64,000 nt of DNA from an uncultured Gammaproteobacteria bacterium (GTDB taxonomy: Bacteria > Patescibacteriota > Microgenomatia > Levybacterales > UBA12049), in contig CAZNAA010000001.1 of the NCBI GenBank assembly GCA_964571255.1, forward strand, positions 702,230-766,229, given 5' to 3'. The notes under the pieces are model-generated. The model had not been told where the DNA came from. It worked only from the letters and a program-made list of their open reading frames with translations, and searched no databases. Below, piece by piece: positions 10,229-20,327 of the stretch. Both the position numbers and the translations under genes were made by a program. Each line of letters starts with the position of its first letter. The first letter of the stretch is position 1.

Positions 10229-11546
10229 CGATATTCAAGAGTCCTCCTCATCAAATCCTATTGTGTATTGGATGAATAGAGATCAACGATCACAAGATAA
10301 CTGGGCACTTCTTTTCGCTCAAGAAAAAGCATTGGAGAAGAAAGCCCCATTAGTCGTAGTTTTTTGCCTTCGTACCTCTTTTAAACATGCGACAGACAGG
10401 ATGGTTTCATTTCTACTTGGAGGACTTGAAGAGACAGCGAAATCCTTGGCGAAACATAATATTTCCTTTCAACTACTCCTTGGTAATCCTAAAAAGGAAC
10501 TTCCTTCATTTTTCTCACAAATAAAAGCTCAACTTCTTATCACTGAATTTACTCCATACCGAAGACACCGAAACTGGAGAGAGGAGCTAACGTCTCTTTC
10601 TCTTCCCTTTTATGAAGTTGATACAAGAAATATTGTTCCTTGCTGGATAGCCTCAGAGAAGCAAGAATGGGGAGCATATACTCTTCGTCCTAAAATTCAT
10701 AAACTGCTTGAAGAATTTTTGACTCCAATACCACCTTTAAAGAAACATCCCTACACTCTGTTTCCATTACCTTTACAAAATATTCTTTCCTTGAAAGGAA
10801 AAATAGAAATAGATACCTCAATCCCACCATCAGTGTTCTTTTCCCCAGGAGAGAAGAAAGCACAAGAGACATTACACACCTTTTTGCAGGATACAGAGAA
10901 TTATTCTCAAGATCGAAATGATCCAAATAAAAAGAGTACCTCCCAATTAAGCCCCTATCTCCACTTTGGTCATATTTCTTCACAACGAATAGCGCTTGAA
11001 GTACAGAAAAGTGAATTAAAACAAACAGATAAAGACGCTTTTTTGGAAGAACTCATTGTTAGACGTGAACTCTCTGATAATTATTGCTACTACAATAAGT
11101 TTCATAAAGAATTTACTGGATTTCCCATATGGGCTCAAGAGACTCTCAATCAACACCGAAAAGACAAACGGCCATATCTTTATACTCTTGAGGAGTTAGA
11201 AACAGCAAAAACTTATGATCCACTCTGGAATGCAAGTCAATTAGAAATGGTTCAGACAGGCAAAATGCATGGATATATGAGAATGTATTGGGCAAAAAAG
11301 ATTTTAGAATGGACAGCGACCCCTGAAGAAGCCCAAGAAATAGCTATTTATCTTAATGATAGATATCAATTAGATGGACGAGATACGAATGGATATACAG
11401 GTATTGCTTGGTCATTAGGAGGAGTTCATGATAGAGCGTGGGTTGAACGACCAATCTTTGGAAAAATTCGCTATATGAATTTTAAGGGAGCTTCGAAAAA
11501 GTTTGATATCAAAGCGTATATCGATGCTATTGAAAAGAGTGCTTAA
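10200..11546 (+). CDS. phr: deoxyribodipyrimidine photolyase, class II CPD type
   Basis: N-terminal RVRQL...NPIVYWMNRDQRSQDNWAL and C-terminal MHGYMRMYWAKKILEW...GIAWSLGGVHDRAW class II signatures; start moved to internal ATG (the tracked ORF starts on GTG at 10161 and overlaps the upstream gene). Confidence 0.8.
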   Translation: MNYKRVRQLNDIQESSSSNPIVYWMNRDQRSQDNWALLFAQEKALEKKAPLVVVFCLRTSFKHATDRMVSFLLGGLEETAKSLAKHNISFQLLLGNPKKELPSFFSQIKAQLLITEFTPYRRHRNWREELTSLSLPFYEVDTRNIVPCWIASEKQEWGAYTLRPKIHKLLEEFLTPIPPLKKHPYTLFPLPLQNILSLKGKIEIDTSIPPSVFFSPGEKKAQETLHTFLQDTENYSQDRNDPNKKSTSQLSPYLHFGHISSQRIALEVQKSELKQTDKDAFLEELIVRRELSDNYCYYNKFHKEFTGFPIWAQETLNQHRKDKRPYLYTLEELETAKTYDPLWNASQLEMVQTGKMHGYMRMYWAKKILEWTATPEEAQEIAIYLNDRYQLDGRDTNGYTGIAWSLGGVHDRAWVERPIFGKIRYMNFKGASKKFDIKAYIDAIEKSA

Positions 11547-11989
11547 CGCTTTGGAGATTGCTTTGCTCGTCGTGCTTTTCCACCTGTTCCAGCTTTTCTT
11601 CTTTCTCGAATTCGAGGATCTCGAGTCAAAAAGCCTTTTTTCTTAAGAGTTCCTCTAAATTCTTCTGGATTTAATTTTGCCAGCGCATTTGAGATACCTG
11701 CAACAACTGCATCTAGTTGACCACTCAGGCCTCCACCTACAACGCGAATAGTATAGGTGTATTTATTCACGACATTTGCAATACGAAGTGGTTCTGTTGC
11801 TTCAATGATACTTTGTGGAGTGGTGAAATACTCCTGAAGAGTTTTTCCATTTACATATATTTCCCCTTTTTTAATAGGAAGCTGATCCCATATCATCCCT
11901 TCAGCAACATGTTCAAAAAGTCGCACACGAGCAACTGCTGATTTTCGTCTTCCGAGAGCTAATACGTACTCTTTTTTTGTATCTTTCAT
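11543..11989 (-). CDS. rpsI: 30S ribosomal protein S9
   Basis: GGGLSGQ motif and basic C-terminal tail ...KQSPKR. Confidence 0.9.
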   Translation of the reverse strand: MKDTKKEYVLALGRRKSAVARVRLFEHVAEGMIWDQLPIKKGEIYVNGKTLQEYFTTPQSIIEATEPLRIANVVNKYTYTIRVVGGGLSGQLDAVVAGISNALAKLNPEEFRGTLKKKGFLTRDPRIRERRKAGTGGKARRAKQSPKR

Positions 11990-11992
11990 ACT

Positions 11993-12418
11993 TTACTTTA
12001 CAAATTTATCTTGATAGGTGTGATTTTCATCAGCTGAAACAAATAGTCGAGCAAGCATTGGCTTTTGCAGTTTATTTCCAGGAAGCATTCCTTTAACTGC
12101 TCGTCTAATAATCTCCTCAGGTCGTCTCTCACGGAGTTCTTTTAGTGTTTCTTGTCGAAATCCTCCAGGAAAACCTGAATGTCTGTAATATACTTTCATT
12201 CCTTCTTTTTTACCAGTCACTTCAACATCTTTAGCATTAATAATAACGACATAATCTCCACAATCTAAGTTTCGAACAAAATATGGTTTATTTTTCCCCA
12301 TAAGCAGAAGGGCAATTTCAGTTGCTGCTCTTCCTAAGGTTTTTCCTTTCAAATCAATCAGATGCCATTCTCTTTTGATATCTGATAGTGTTGTTGATTG
12401 TGTACCTACATATGCCAT
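11993..12418 (-). CDS. rplM: 50S ribosomal protein L13
   Basis: Conserved L13 N-terminus (WHLIDLKGKTLGRAATEIA) and size; directly upstream of rpsI. Confidence 0.9.
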   Translation of the reverse strand: MAYVGTQSTTLSDIKREWHLIDLKGKTLGRAATEIALLLMGKNKPYFVRNLDCGDYVVIINAKDVEVTGKKEGMKVYYRHSGFPGGFRQETLKELRERRPEEIIRRAVKGMLPGNKLQKPMLARLFVSADENHTYQDKFVK

Positions 12419-12952
12419 TTATTTTGTCTCCTTTTTTGCTTTAGGTTTTGTTTCTTTTTTGACAGTCTTTTTTACTGCTGCCTTTTTAGCAGGAGCTTTT
12501 TTTACATCTTTTTTCTTGTTCTCTTTTACTTCTACTGCTTCCTGAACTTCAGTCATATCTGCTGGAATTGAAGATACAGGAGCGTCAGCTTTAATTGCGT
12601 TTTTCTCAACCCACTCCATGGCAACCATCTCTGCATTATCAGAAAACCGATTTGGAAGTTTGATAAGTCGAGTATATCCTCCAGGTCGTGTTGCAAAGCG
12701 AGGAGCAATATCTTGCATCATCTTTTTTACTGCTTTTTCAATTAAATACTTACGAAGAGCATTTTCAGAGTTAAAATCACCTTTTCGTGCTTTCGTAACG
12801 AGTTTTTCAGCAAGACCTTTAACTGACTTGGCTTTAGCCTCAGTTGTTACAATTCTTTCCTCTAACACCAATGACGAAACAAGCGATTTGAAAAGCGCTT
12901 TTCTTTCATGAATATCTCTTTTAAGTTGTCGTCCAAATACATTTTTTCTCAT
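12419..12952 (-). CDS. rplQ: 50S ribosomal protein L17 with Lys/Ala-rich C-terminal extension
   Basis: N-terminal L17 signature RKxxFGRQLKRDxxERKALF...RIxTTxAKAK; lysine-rich ~60 aa tail. Confidence 0.85.
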   Translation of the reverse strand: MRKNVFGRQLKRDIHERKALFKSLVSSLVLEERIVTTEAKAKSVKGLAEKLVTKARKGDFNSENALRKYLIEKAVKKMMQDIAPRFATRPGGYTRLIKLPNRFSDNAEMVAMEWVEKNAIKADAPVSSIPADMTEVQEAVEVKENKKKDVKKAPAKKAAVKKTVKKETKPKAKKETK

Positions 12953-13074
12953 AAAAAAATCTCATTTCCTGAGTCTCAAACTATTGCTCTCTACAAATAT
13001 ATGTTGATATTTGTAGGTATAACACCTGCCTCGTGAGCAGGTAGGTTTGAGATCTAAGATTTGAGATTCAAGTG

Positions 13075-14031
13075 TTACGCAGAAAGCGTTATACCTTTTT
13101 CAGTCAATTTTTCCTCAATTACTTCAAGAGATTTTCCACCCATATTTCTCATAGAAACTAGTTCTCGGCGGGGAATGGTAATCAGTTGTTCAACGGTTTC
13201 AATTCCTCCGTTTCTTAAACTGTTATAGATTCGAGTTGGAAGATCAAGTTCATCAATAGTCATTTTCATAACCTTATCAGATGCTCCTGAAGTAACAATA
13301 GGAGAGATAACAGCTTCTGTTTGGTTAGGTTGAAAGATTTGAGTAAATGAAGAAGCAAGAATTTTTGCAGCTTTTTCTAAGGCATCCTTTGGAGCAACAG
13401 TTCCATTAGTCCAGACTTTCAGAGTTAGTTTATCAAGATTGGTTTGTCGTCCTACTCGAGTAGCCTCAACTGTATAGGTTACTCTCTCAACAGGTGTAAA
13501 AATGGCATCAGTTGAAATAACCCCTAACTCCCCTTCTTTCTCCTCAGCAAGTGTATATCCCATTCCTCTGGACACTGTCATCTCAACGTCAAGTTTTGAC
13601 TTATCTCCTGAAAGAGATCCAAGGTATAAATCCTTGTTCATTACCTCAGCTCCATTTGGTGCTTCAATATCAGCTGCTGTTACTTCTTTAGTTCCTTTTA
13701 CAGAAAGCTTGATAACTACAGAGTTTTGGTTTTCAGGGAGAGATACATGGAGTTTTTTAATGTTTAGCAGAAAATCAACTACATTTTCTTTTAATCCAGG
13801 AACAGTTGAAAAGCGATGCTTAACTCCAACAATTGAGACATTAGTAATTGCTGCACCTTCAATTGAGGTATATAGTACACGTCGAAGTGCATTTCCAAGA
13901 GTAGCTCCGTAGCCTGTTTCTAAAGGCTCAATAATGAACTCTCCGTATTCGGAAGTAGTAGTAATTTCTTTAACTGTAAATTGCATATTTACCATACTGT
14001 ATAGTATATCACTAACGTGAATAATATTCAA
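13075..14031 (-). CDS. rpoA: DNA-directed RNA polymerase subunit alpha
   Basis: N-terminal domain GYGxTLGNALRRVL and position between rpsD and rplQ. Confidence 0.9.
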   Translation of the reverse strand: MNIIHVSDILYSMVNMQFTVKEITTTSEYGEFIIEPLETGYGATLGNALRRVLYTSIEGAAITNVSIVGVKHRFSTVPGLKENVVDFLLNIKKLHVSLPENQNSVVIKLSVKGTKEVTAADIEAPNGAEVMNKDLYLGSLSGDKSKLDVEMTVSRGMGYTLAEEKEGELGVISTDAIFTPVERVTYTVEATRVGRQTNLDKLTLKVWTNGTVAPKDALEKAAKILASSFTQIFQPNQTEAVISPIVTSGASDKVMKMTIDELDLPTRIYNSLRNGGIETVEQLITIPRRELVSMRNMGGKSLEVIEEKLTEKGITLSA

Positions 14032-14614
14032 TGATTTGTTGTAAAGAGAATAATACCTCTACATCATCACGCACAGGGAGTCGAGTTAGCTTCCCTTCCA
14101 TCCCATTTTTTTCGATAAAGGAGAGAATATTTTCCTTCTCGTCACTCGTTTTTTTGATTACCTCATTTGCTTGCATCTTCTCACTTACAGCAATTGTCTC
14201 TCCCACTTTTACTTGATAAGAAGGAATTGTCATTTTTACTCCATTCACTCTAATATGACCATGAGAAACCAGTTGTCGAGCCATAAAACGAGATGGAGCA
14301 AAACCTAGTCGATACACAAGATTATCTAATCGAGTTTCAAGGAGTGAGATAATCGTATCAGATGAGTCTCCAACTTGCTTTCCAGCCTTCTCAACGAGTC
14401 TACTGAATTGTTTCTCAAGCATGCCATATACTGCTTTAGCTTTTTGTTTTTCTCGAAGTTGTGCTCCAAATTCTGAAACTCGTCGTCGTCCTTTTTTTCC
14501 GTGTACTCCTGGGAGTACATTTAATCGTCTCAAAAGAGAAGCTGATGTTTTATCAAGAACATTGACTCCTTCTCGACGGGCTAATTTGTGCTTTGGTCCA
14601 GTATAACGTGCCAT
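14012..14614 (-). CDS. rpsD: 30S ribosomal protein S4
   Basis: MARYTGPKxKLxRREG N-terminus; S4 domain. Confidence 0.9.
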   Translation of the reverse strand: MARYTGPKHKLARREGVNVLDKTSASLLRRLNVLPGVHGKKGRRRVSEFGAQLREKQKAKAVYGMLEKQFSRLVEKAGKQVGDSSDTIISLLETRLDNLVYRLGFAPSRFMARQLVSHGHIRVNGVKMTIPSYQVKVGETIAVSEKMQANEVIKKTSDEKENILSFIEKNGMEGKLTRLPVRDDVEVLFSLQQIIEYYSR

Positions 14615-14617
14615 AGT

Positions 14618-15019
14618 TTAGACTCTTCTCCTTTTTTTTGCCCGTGGTCCGTTATGAGGGATTGGGGTAATATCTGTAATTGACGTAATAGAAAGTCCTG
14701 CAGTTCTGACTGCACGAAGGGCTGAATCTCGTCCAGGTCCAGGTCCTTTAACATACACATCAACGGATTTTAATCCTGCCTTTGCTGCTTTTGCAGCTGC
14801 ATCTTCCATGGCCATTGAGCCAGCATAAGGAGTAGACTTTCGAGCTCCCTTAAACCCCTTTGCGCCACTGGAGCTCCAAGAAATAGTATTTCCACTCTCA
14901 GTTGTTAAGGTAACAATGGTGTTGTTAAAGGTTGCACTAATATATGCTCTTCCGTTATCAGTCACTTCAAGCGTTGATTTTTTCTTTGTTGTTTTTTCTA
15001 CTTGTTTTGCTTTTGCCAT
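14618..15019 (-). CDS. rpsK: 30S ribosomal protein S11
   Basis: Conserved S11 core ([21 protein letters not shown]) and C-terminal PHNGxRxxKRRR. Confidence 0.9.
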   Translation of the reverse strand: MAKAKQVEKTTKKKSTLEVTDNGRAYISATFNNTIVTLTTESGNTISWSSSGAKGFKGARKSTPYAGSMAMEDAAAKAAKAGLKSVDVYVKGPGPGRDSALRAVRTAGLSITSITDITPIPHNGPRAKKRRRV

Positions 15020-15022
15020 AAA

Positions 15023-15430
15023 TTACTTTCCTTTTGCTTTTTGAGCTGTTTCCATCTTTACTGCCATTTCTTTTTTGATAGCTCCAATAGTAAGTCTCTT
15101 TCCTCTTTTAGTACGAGCGTTTGATCTGGTTCTTTGTCCATGTACTGGAAGTCCTTTAGAGTGTCGTACTCCTCGATAAGATCCATTTTCTCTTAACCTT
15201 TTAATATTTCCAAGGAGTTCTCCTCGTAAGTCTCCTTCAACTTTAATTGCTTCAAGAACCTTAGTGATACGTTTAATCTCTTCTTCAGATAAATCTTTCG
15301 TTCGAATTTCTGATTTGATCTCAGCTTGCGTTAAAATTCCTTTTACATTACTTCGTCCCACACCATACAAATACGTTAATGCAATATCAATTCTTTTTTC
15401 ATCTGGTATGGTTATTCCTGCAATTCTCAT
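15023..15430 (-). CDS. rpsM: 30S ribosomal protein S13
   Basis: MRIAGIxIP...ALTYIYGVG N-terminus. Confidence 0.9.
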   Translation of the reverse strand: MRIAGITIPDEKRIDIALTYLYGVGRSNVKGILTQAEIKSEIRTKDLSEEEIKRITKVLEAIKVEGDLRGELLGNIKRLRENGSYRGVRHSKGLPVHGQRTRSNARTKRGKRLTIGAIKKEMAVKMETAQKAKGK

Positions 15431-15433
15431 AAA

Positions 15434-15547
15434 TTATCCTTGGCGTTGCTTGTGTTTTGCTATTTCACACAATACAAAAACTATCCCTCGTCTGCGGACT
15501 ATTTTACATTTCATACATCTTTTTTTGGCACTTGCTTGTACTTTCAT
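15434..15547 (-). CDS. rpmJ: 50S ribosomal protein L36 (zinc-binding C+ form)
   Basis: Not in the supplied ORF track; a manual minus-strand translation gives [37 protein letters not shown] (37 aa) with a C-x2-C-x12-C-x4-H zinc ribbon, lying between infA and rpsM. Confidence 0.85.
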   Translation of the reverse strand: MKVQASAKKRCMKCKIVRRRGIVFVLCEIAKHKQRQG

Positions 15548-15558
15548 ATTTTTCCCTT

Positions 15559-15780
15559 TTAACGTCTGAGGAGTCTTGTAATTCTCCCTTTCGTATTGTC
15601 ATATTTTGTCATTTCTAAAATGACGGTATCTCCTGGAATAATTCGGACGTAATTAATCTTCATTTTTCCAGCTAAATGACAAAGAACAATAGAACCATCT
15701 TCAAGCTCAACTCGATATAACTGATTGGGCAAAGATTCGAGCACTCTCCCTTGTTTTTCAAAAGATCCTTGATGGGCCAT
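15559..15780 (-). CDS. infA: translation initiation factor IF-1
   Basis: S1-like domain [37 protein letters not shown]; start set at the Met of MAHQGSF. Confidence 0.9.
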   Translation of the reverse strand: MAHQGSFEKQGRVLESLPNQLYRVELEDGSIVLCHLAGKMKINYVRIIPGDTVILEMTKYDNTKGRITRLLRR

Positions 15781-15903
15781 AAATATCATCGAACAAGAGG
15801 AAATCTATGTAGCACTTATCACGTGATGAAAAAGCGTATTCCCCATTGCGCTATTGATTCAGTTATTATAACAAACCACCCACAAAAGAGCAACACTATA
15901 TCA

Positions 15904-16680
15904 CTACTGAGTCAGAATGACAGGTCCCTCTGGTGTTATGACTAAAGATCTCTCAAAAAAACCTGCTAAATCTCCGTCTTTTGTCCGAATAGTCCATCCA
16001 TCTGGATCATAAGTAATAGCTCTTCCACCTTTGTTATAGATAATTTCAATGGCAATCGTCATATTTTCTTTAAGCAGAGGCGTTTGCTCAAGAGGAGCAT
16101 AGACAAAACCTGGGATTTCTGGCTCCTCATGCAACTCCCGCCCCACTCCGTGTCCTACAAGAGTTCTCACCACTGAATATCCTCCTTCTGTTTCAATAAT
16201 TCTCTGCATCACTTCTGAGAGATGCCCAACTCTATTTCCTACCTTTGCCATTTTTATAGCTTCCATAACTGCCATCTCTCCAGCTTTAATAAACTTGTCC
16301 ACTTCTGTTTCTGCTTCACTTGGGGCTTTTCCAACTCGAATAGTTTGTCCCATATCGGTATGAAACCCTTCATAGAATACGCCACAATCAAGACCAATTA
16401 TATCTCCTTCTTTCAGCACATATTTACTGGGGATTCCATGAACAACAACGTCATTTGTTGCAACACAAAGCGTATGCTTGTAACCCGGAACTCGCATAAA
16501 TCCTGGTTCTCCTCCTCGTTCTCTAATAAGTTTTTCAGCCAGAGCATCTAGTTCTATTTCTGACACTCCAGGTTTAACATACTTCAAGAGAGCAAAAAGG
16601 ACATCTGAAAGAATGTGCCCTCCTATTTTCATTACTTCAACTTGTTCTGGTGTTTTTATTGTTATTCCTTGCTTACCCAT
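15904..16680 (-). CDS. map: type I methionine aminopeptidase
   Basis: Pita-bread fold metal ligands (VATNDVVVHGIP, GHGVGRELHEEP); conserved position after adk in the spc/alpha cluster. Confidence 0.9.
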   Translation of the reverse strand: MGKQGITIKTPEQVEVMKIGGHILSDVLFALLKYVKPGVSEIELDALAEKLIRERGGEPGFMRVPGYKHTLCVATNDVVVHGIPSKYVLKEGDIIGLDCGVFYEGFHTDMGQTIRVGKAPSEAETEVDKFIKAGEMAVMEAIKMAKVGNRVGHLSEVMQRIIETEGGYSVVRTLVGHGVGRELHEEPEIPGFVYAPLEQTPLLKENMTIAIEIIYNKGGRAITYDPDGWTIRTKDGDLAGFFERSLVITPEGPVILTQ

Positions 16681-17219
16681 ACTAAAAACCTCTCTAGCTC
16701 CCTTGCTAATTCTTCTTTTGAATTTTCATTTTTTATCAGATAATCGGCAAGAGCAATTGGTCCACCTTTATTCGTCACTTCAATCTCGGATATGTCTCGT
16801 TCCCGCGCTTCACTAAGGGTAAATGGTCGCTCTTTTCGTTGAGAAAGCCTTTCATAGCGAATATCTGTTCTTGTATAGATGCAAAGAAGCAAAAGAGAAG
16901 GAAATTTTTCCTTCAAATATGTGTATTCTTCCCAACTATATACTCCATCAAGTAATAAATGTTCTGTTGTCTCTAATTCTTTTTCTATTTTCGGAAGCAT
17001 CGTGATGGCAACTCCTGCCATTCCAAAGTCATCTCGAATCTTTTTTCTAAAATACGCAGTGTTTTCTGGACTCCATGCAAGCCCGGCCGCACTTATCTGA
17101 TCATCAATGGCTGAGCCAAAACGAATTGCAGAGTAACCATGAGATTTGAGTAATTCTACTGCTTCACTTTTTCCAGAACCAGTCATTCCAACGATGGCAA
17201 TGATTTTTTTCTTATTCAT
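16662..17219 (-). CDS. P-loop nucleotide/nucleoside kinase (cytidylate kinase / dephospho-CoA kinase-like)
   Basis: Walker A IIAIVGMTGSGKS immediately after the inferred start; ~185 aa; start set at the internal Met 5 nt downstream of the adk stop. Confidence 0.4.
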   Translation of the reverse strand: MNKKKIIAIVGMTGSGKSEAVELLKSHGYSAIRFGSAIDDQISAAGLAWSPENTAYFRKKIRDDFGMAGVAITMLPKIEKELETTEHLLLDGVYSWEEYTYLKEKFPSLLLLCIYTRTDIRYERLSQRKERPFTLSEARERDISEIEVTNKGGPIALADYLIKNENSKEELARELERFLVWVSKE

Positions 17220-17766
17220 GCGTGGGGAGTTTTGTAACAATTTCTTTGTGAATATCCTCAATTGATTGTTCTCCATTTACTTCAACCAAGAGATGATGAT
17301 GTTTATAGTGATCAAGTACTGGTTTAGTTTTTTCATGAAACTGCTCAATTCGCTTTCTTAGGGCAATAAGAGTCTCATCTTCTCTATCATCAGCTGCCTC
17401 TCCTTCTCTAAAAGACAGTCTCCAGAGTGCCTCTTTATCAGATACTAAAAGATAAATTACTTTAGTAAGTTTTTCTTTAAACTCTTCTGCTTGGTGGAGT
17501 GTTCGAGGAAAGCCATCAAGAATATAGCCTTTTTCATATTCAGGACGAGCGAGGTACTCATTCACAATTTCAATAGTTTTTGCATCAGATATTAAAAACC
17601 CTGCATTCATGACTTCTTTAATATGTCGACCAAAAGGAGTGTGTTCTTTAGCAATTTCACGGAAAATATGGCCTGTTGAGAGATAGGGGATTTTAAACTT
17701 TTTTGAAAGAAGATTTCCTTGTGTTGATTTTCCTGATCCTTGAATACCAATGAGTACTAGTTTCAT
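17212..17766 (-). CDS. adk: adenylate kinase (short form, no zinc lid)
   Basis: MKLVLIGIQGSGKSTQGNLLSKKFKIPYLSTGHIFR. Confidence 0.9.
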   Translation of the reverse strand: MKLVLIGIQGSGKSTQGNLLSKKFKIPYLSTGHIFREIAKEHTPFGRHIKEVMNAGFLISDAKTIEIVNEYLARPEYEKGYILDGFPRTLHQAEEFKEKLTKVIYLLVSDKEALWRLSFREGEAADDREDETLIALRKRIEQFHEKTKPVLDHYKHHHLLVEVNGEQSIEDIHKEIVTKLPTHE

Positions 17767-17771
17767 ATGTG

Positions 17772-19061
17772 TTATCTCCTCAAAAATCCTTCATAGTTTC
17801 TTGATACGAGTTGTGCTTCAAGTGCTTTATACGTTTCCAAAGCCACAGCTACAGCAATAAGAACACTTGTTCCTCCAACAAGAAAGGTTTGAATTCCTGT
17901 CAATTCTCTAGCAATATTTGGCAAAACAGCAATCAGTCCGAGAAAGGTTGCTCCAACGAGTGTGATACGGTTGAGAATATAGTTTAAGTAATTCGCTGTA
18001 GGAGTACCAGGCCGCACTCCTGGGATAAAACCTCCGTGCTTTTGCATTTCCTCAGAAATCTTTTTTGGGTTGAATACAACTGCGGTATAAAAGTACGTAA
18101 AGGCAATAACTAAGAAGAAAGAGAAAACATTATAGGGCCACCCTGAAGGATTAAAAGAGGTTGTCAAAAAGGTTCCAACTGAGCGAAGTACGTCATTACT
18201 TGAAGAGACAAAAAAGTTTCCCATAAGAGAGGGCATGAGGACCAGAGACATGGCAAAAATGATTGGAATAACTCCCGCTTGATTGAGCCGAAGTGGCAAA
18301 TGCGTTGATTCTCCCCCATACGTTTTATTTCCCCGAACTCTTCTCGCATAATACACGGTCAACTGACGCGTTGCTTCAGTCACGACAATAATGGCAACAA
18401 TGACCCCAAGTCCAATGACTAAAAAGATTAAAAGGTTAGAAAAGTTCTCAGACGTCGTAGTGGTAAGTGTTTGCCAAACAGTTGCCGGAAATCTTCCCAC
18501 AATGCCTCCAAAAATGATTAGAGAAATTCCATTTCCCAATCCTTGTTCAGTAATCAACTCTCCAAGCCACACCAAAAGCATGGTTCCCGCAACCATAGTT
18601 AAAATGAAGGTTAAAAGAGCAATAGGGGAGAGAAGAGAGATAAAGCCTTGGCTTCGTAAAAGAGCATACATTCCAATGGCTTGTAAGATAGCTAGAGGCA
18701 CTGTTAAAAACCGGGTATATTGATTAATCATTCGCTTGCCTTGTTCTCCTTCTTTAGAGAGTGCCTCAAGTTTAGGAAAAACAAGGGTTAACAGTTGAAT
18801 GATAATTGAGGCATTAATATATGGATTAAGACCTAAGGCCATAATGGAAAAATTCGCCAGAGTTCCTCCAGAAAAGACATCAAGTAAGCCTAAGAATTGG
18901 TTTTGAGCGAATGCTTGTTTTAAACTAGCAACATTTACCCCAGCTACTGGGATATGAGCAAACAACCGAAAGATAAGAAAGATCCCTGCAATAAAGAGAA
19001 CTTTTTTTCTTACATCCGGTGTCGTGACAGCAGTTTTAAACACCTGAAGAATTTTTTTCAT
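17772..19061 (-). CDS. secY: preprotein translocase subunit SecY
   Basis: 10-TM protein with SecY signature regions ([15 protein letters not shown]); conserved position after rplO. Confidence 0.9.
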   Translation of the reverse strand: MKKILQVFKTAVTTPDVRKKVLFIAGIFLIFRLFAHIPVAGVNVASLKQAFAQNQFLGLLDVFSGGTLANFSIMALGLNPYINASIIIQLLTLVFPKLEALSKEGEQGKRMINQYTRFLTVPLAILQAIGMYALLRSQGFISLLSPIALLTFILTMVAGTMLLVWLGELITEQGLGNGISLIIFGGIVGRFPATVWQTLTTTTSENFSNLLIFLVIGLGVIVAIIVVTEATRQLTVYYARRVRGNKTYGGESTHLPLRLNQAGVIPIIFAMSLVLMPSLMGNFFVSSSNDVLRSVGTFLTTSFNPSGWPYNVFSFFLVIAFTYFYTAVVFNPKKISEEMQKHGGFIPGVRPGTPTANYLNYILNRITLVGATFLGLIAVLPNIARELTGIQTFLVGGTSVLIAVAVALETYKALEAQLVSRNYEGFLRR

Positions 19062-19066
19062 TGAAT

Positions 19067-19504
19067 TTATGAGAGGATTACTCCACCAGCTTTTTCAATT
19101 TTCTCACGAGCGGAGGAAGTGGTTTTTAACTTAATTTGCAATGCCTGGGCAATTTCTCCAACTCCTGTAAGCTTGATACTTCTGGTACTGTCCTTTGAAG
19201 AAATAAGTTTTTCTTTCAAAAGAAGCTCTCTATCCACTAGTGTATCCTTTTTAAGACTGGCAAGGATAGTGAGCGGAAGAACTAAATACTCTGGTCTAAA
19301 AGATTTATTTTTCTCTTTTCCCCTAAGAAGTGGCATACGCTTAGTTAAAGGCAATGCTCCTCCTTCAAATCGAAGAGCTACTTTACTTCGAGCTAATTGC
19401 CCTTTTTGTCCACGTCCTCCTGTTTTTCCTCTCCCTGAGCCATGTCCTTGGCCTTTTCGACGAAGTGGTTGTTTGATACTCGTTGTTAAGTTATGTAAAT
19501 CCAT
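19067..19504 (-). CDS. rplO: 50S ribosomal protein L15
   Basis: Gly/Arg-rich N-terminus [19 protein letters not shown]. Confidence 0.9.
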   Translation of the reverse strand: MDLHNLTTSIKQPLRRKGQGHGSGRGKTGGRGQKGQLARSKVALRFEGGALPLTKRMPLLRGKEKNKSFRPEYLVLPLTILASLKKDTLVDRELLLKEKLISSKDSTRSIKLTGVGEIAQALQIKLKTTSSAREKIEKAGGVILS

Positions 19505-19506
19505 AG

Positions 19507-19998
19507 TTATTTTTCCTCTTTATCTTGTCGTGATTTTTTATTATCCACACGTTCTTGAACTAATTTCAAAGCTTCAAGAGTTGCATAAATATTATTTACT
19601 TTATTTCTTGTCCCTAAGATTTTACTGGAAACATTCTGAATTCCTGCTGCTGAAACGACACTTCGAATTGCACCACCGGCAATAATACCACTTCCTGGAG
19701 GAGCTGGTTTTAACATGATTCGAGCTGCTCCACGCTTGAGTTCTACTTTATAAGGAATAGTTCCATTCTCAATTGGAACTGTGATCATATGTTTCTTAGC
19801 CAGAACAATTCCTTTTCGAATAGCATTTGAGACATCTGGTGCTTTCCCGAGTCCTACTCCAACTTTCCCTTTTTTGTCGCCCACAACAGCAAGAGCTGAG
19901 AAACCAATTTTGTTTCCTCCAGTTGTCTTTTTAGATGTACGATTAATTTGTACTATCTTTTCGTCAAATTCTGATTGTTGTCCTCTATTGTAATCCAT
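19507..19998 (-). CDS. rpsE: 30S ribosomal protein S5
   Basis: S5 dsRBD plus C-terminal domain (VVGDKKGKVGVGLGKA). Confidence 0.9.
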   Translation of the reverse strand: MDYNRGQQSEFDEKIVQINRTSKKTTGGNKIGFSALAVVGDKKGKVGVGLGKAPDVSNAIRKGIVLAKKHMITVPIENGTIPYKVELKRGAARIMLKPAPPGSGIIAGGAIRSVVSAAGIQNVSSKILGTRNKVNNIYATLEALKLVQERVDNKKSRQDKEEK

Positions 19999-20327
19999 TA
20001 GAATTGTAATCCTCCTTCTCGTGCACCTTCTGCCAAAGCTTTAACTCGACCGTGATATTTATATGGTCCCTTATCAAACACTACTTCATTTACTTTTTTC
20101 TCTTTTGCTAACTTTGCAATTTCCATTCCCAACTTTTTTGCTTTCTCAATTGGGGTCCCTTTTTTATCACTCAGTACTTTCTCAGAAATCCCAGCCAAAG
20201 TAACCCTCTTACTGTCATCAATCAGTTGTGCATAGATTGACGTATTTGAGCGGTAGACTGACAATCTGATTCTATCAGTTGTTGCTCGAATGTTTTTGCG
20301 TGTTTTGTTTTGTCTTTGTGTTTTCAT
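19998..20327 (-). CDS. rplR: 50S ribosomal protein L18
   Basis: L18 family pattern (RLSVYRSNxxIYAQLIDD); position between rplF and rpsE. Confidence 0.9.
   Translation of the reverse strand: MKTQRQNKTRKNIRATTDRIRLSVYRSNTSIYAQLIDDSKRVTLAGISEKVLSDKKGTPIEKAKKLGMEIAKLAKEKKVNEVVFDKGPYKYHGRVKALAEGAREGGLQF

Noticed and set aside
12953-13074. Hairpin CCTGCCTCGTGAGCAGG in the rpoA-rplQ intergenic region as a regulatory element
   Set aside because: It is a single short stem without a following U-tract on the transcribed strand and there is no second copy for comparison, so it cannot be told apart from chance.
13502-13912. Antisense ORFs inside ribosomal and other genes (e.g. 13502-13912, 19119-19685, 24937-25284, 27765-28193, 36006-36254, 34699-34950)
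   Set aside because: Each lies wholly inside a well-supported gene on the opposite strand, has low-complexity or compositionally odd translations, and has no SD. They are typical spurious ORFs.
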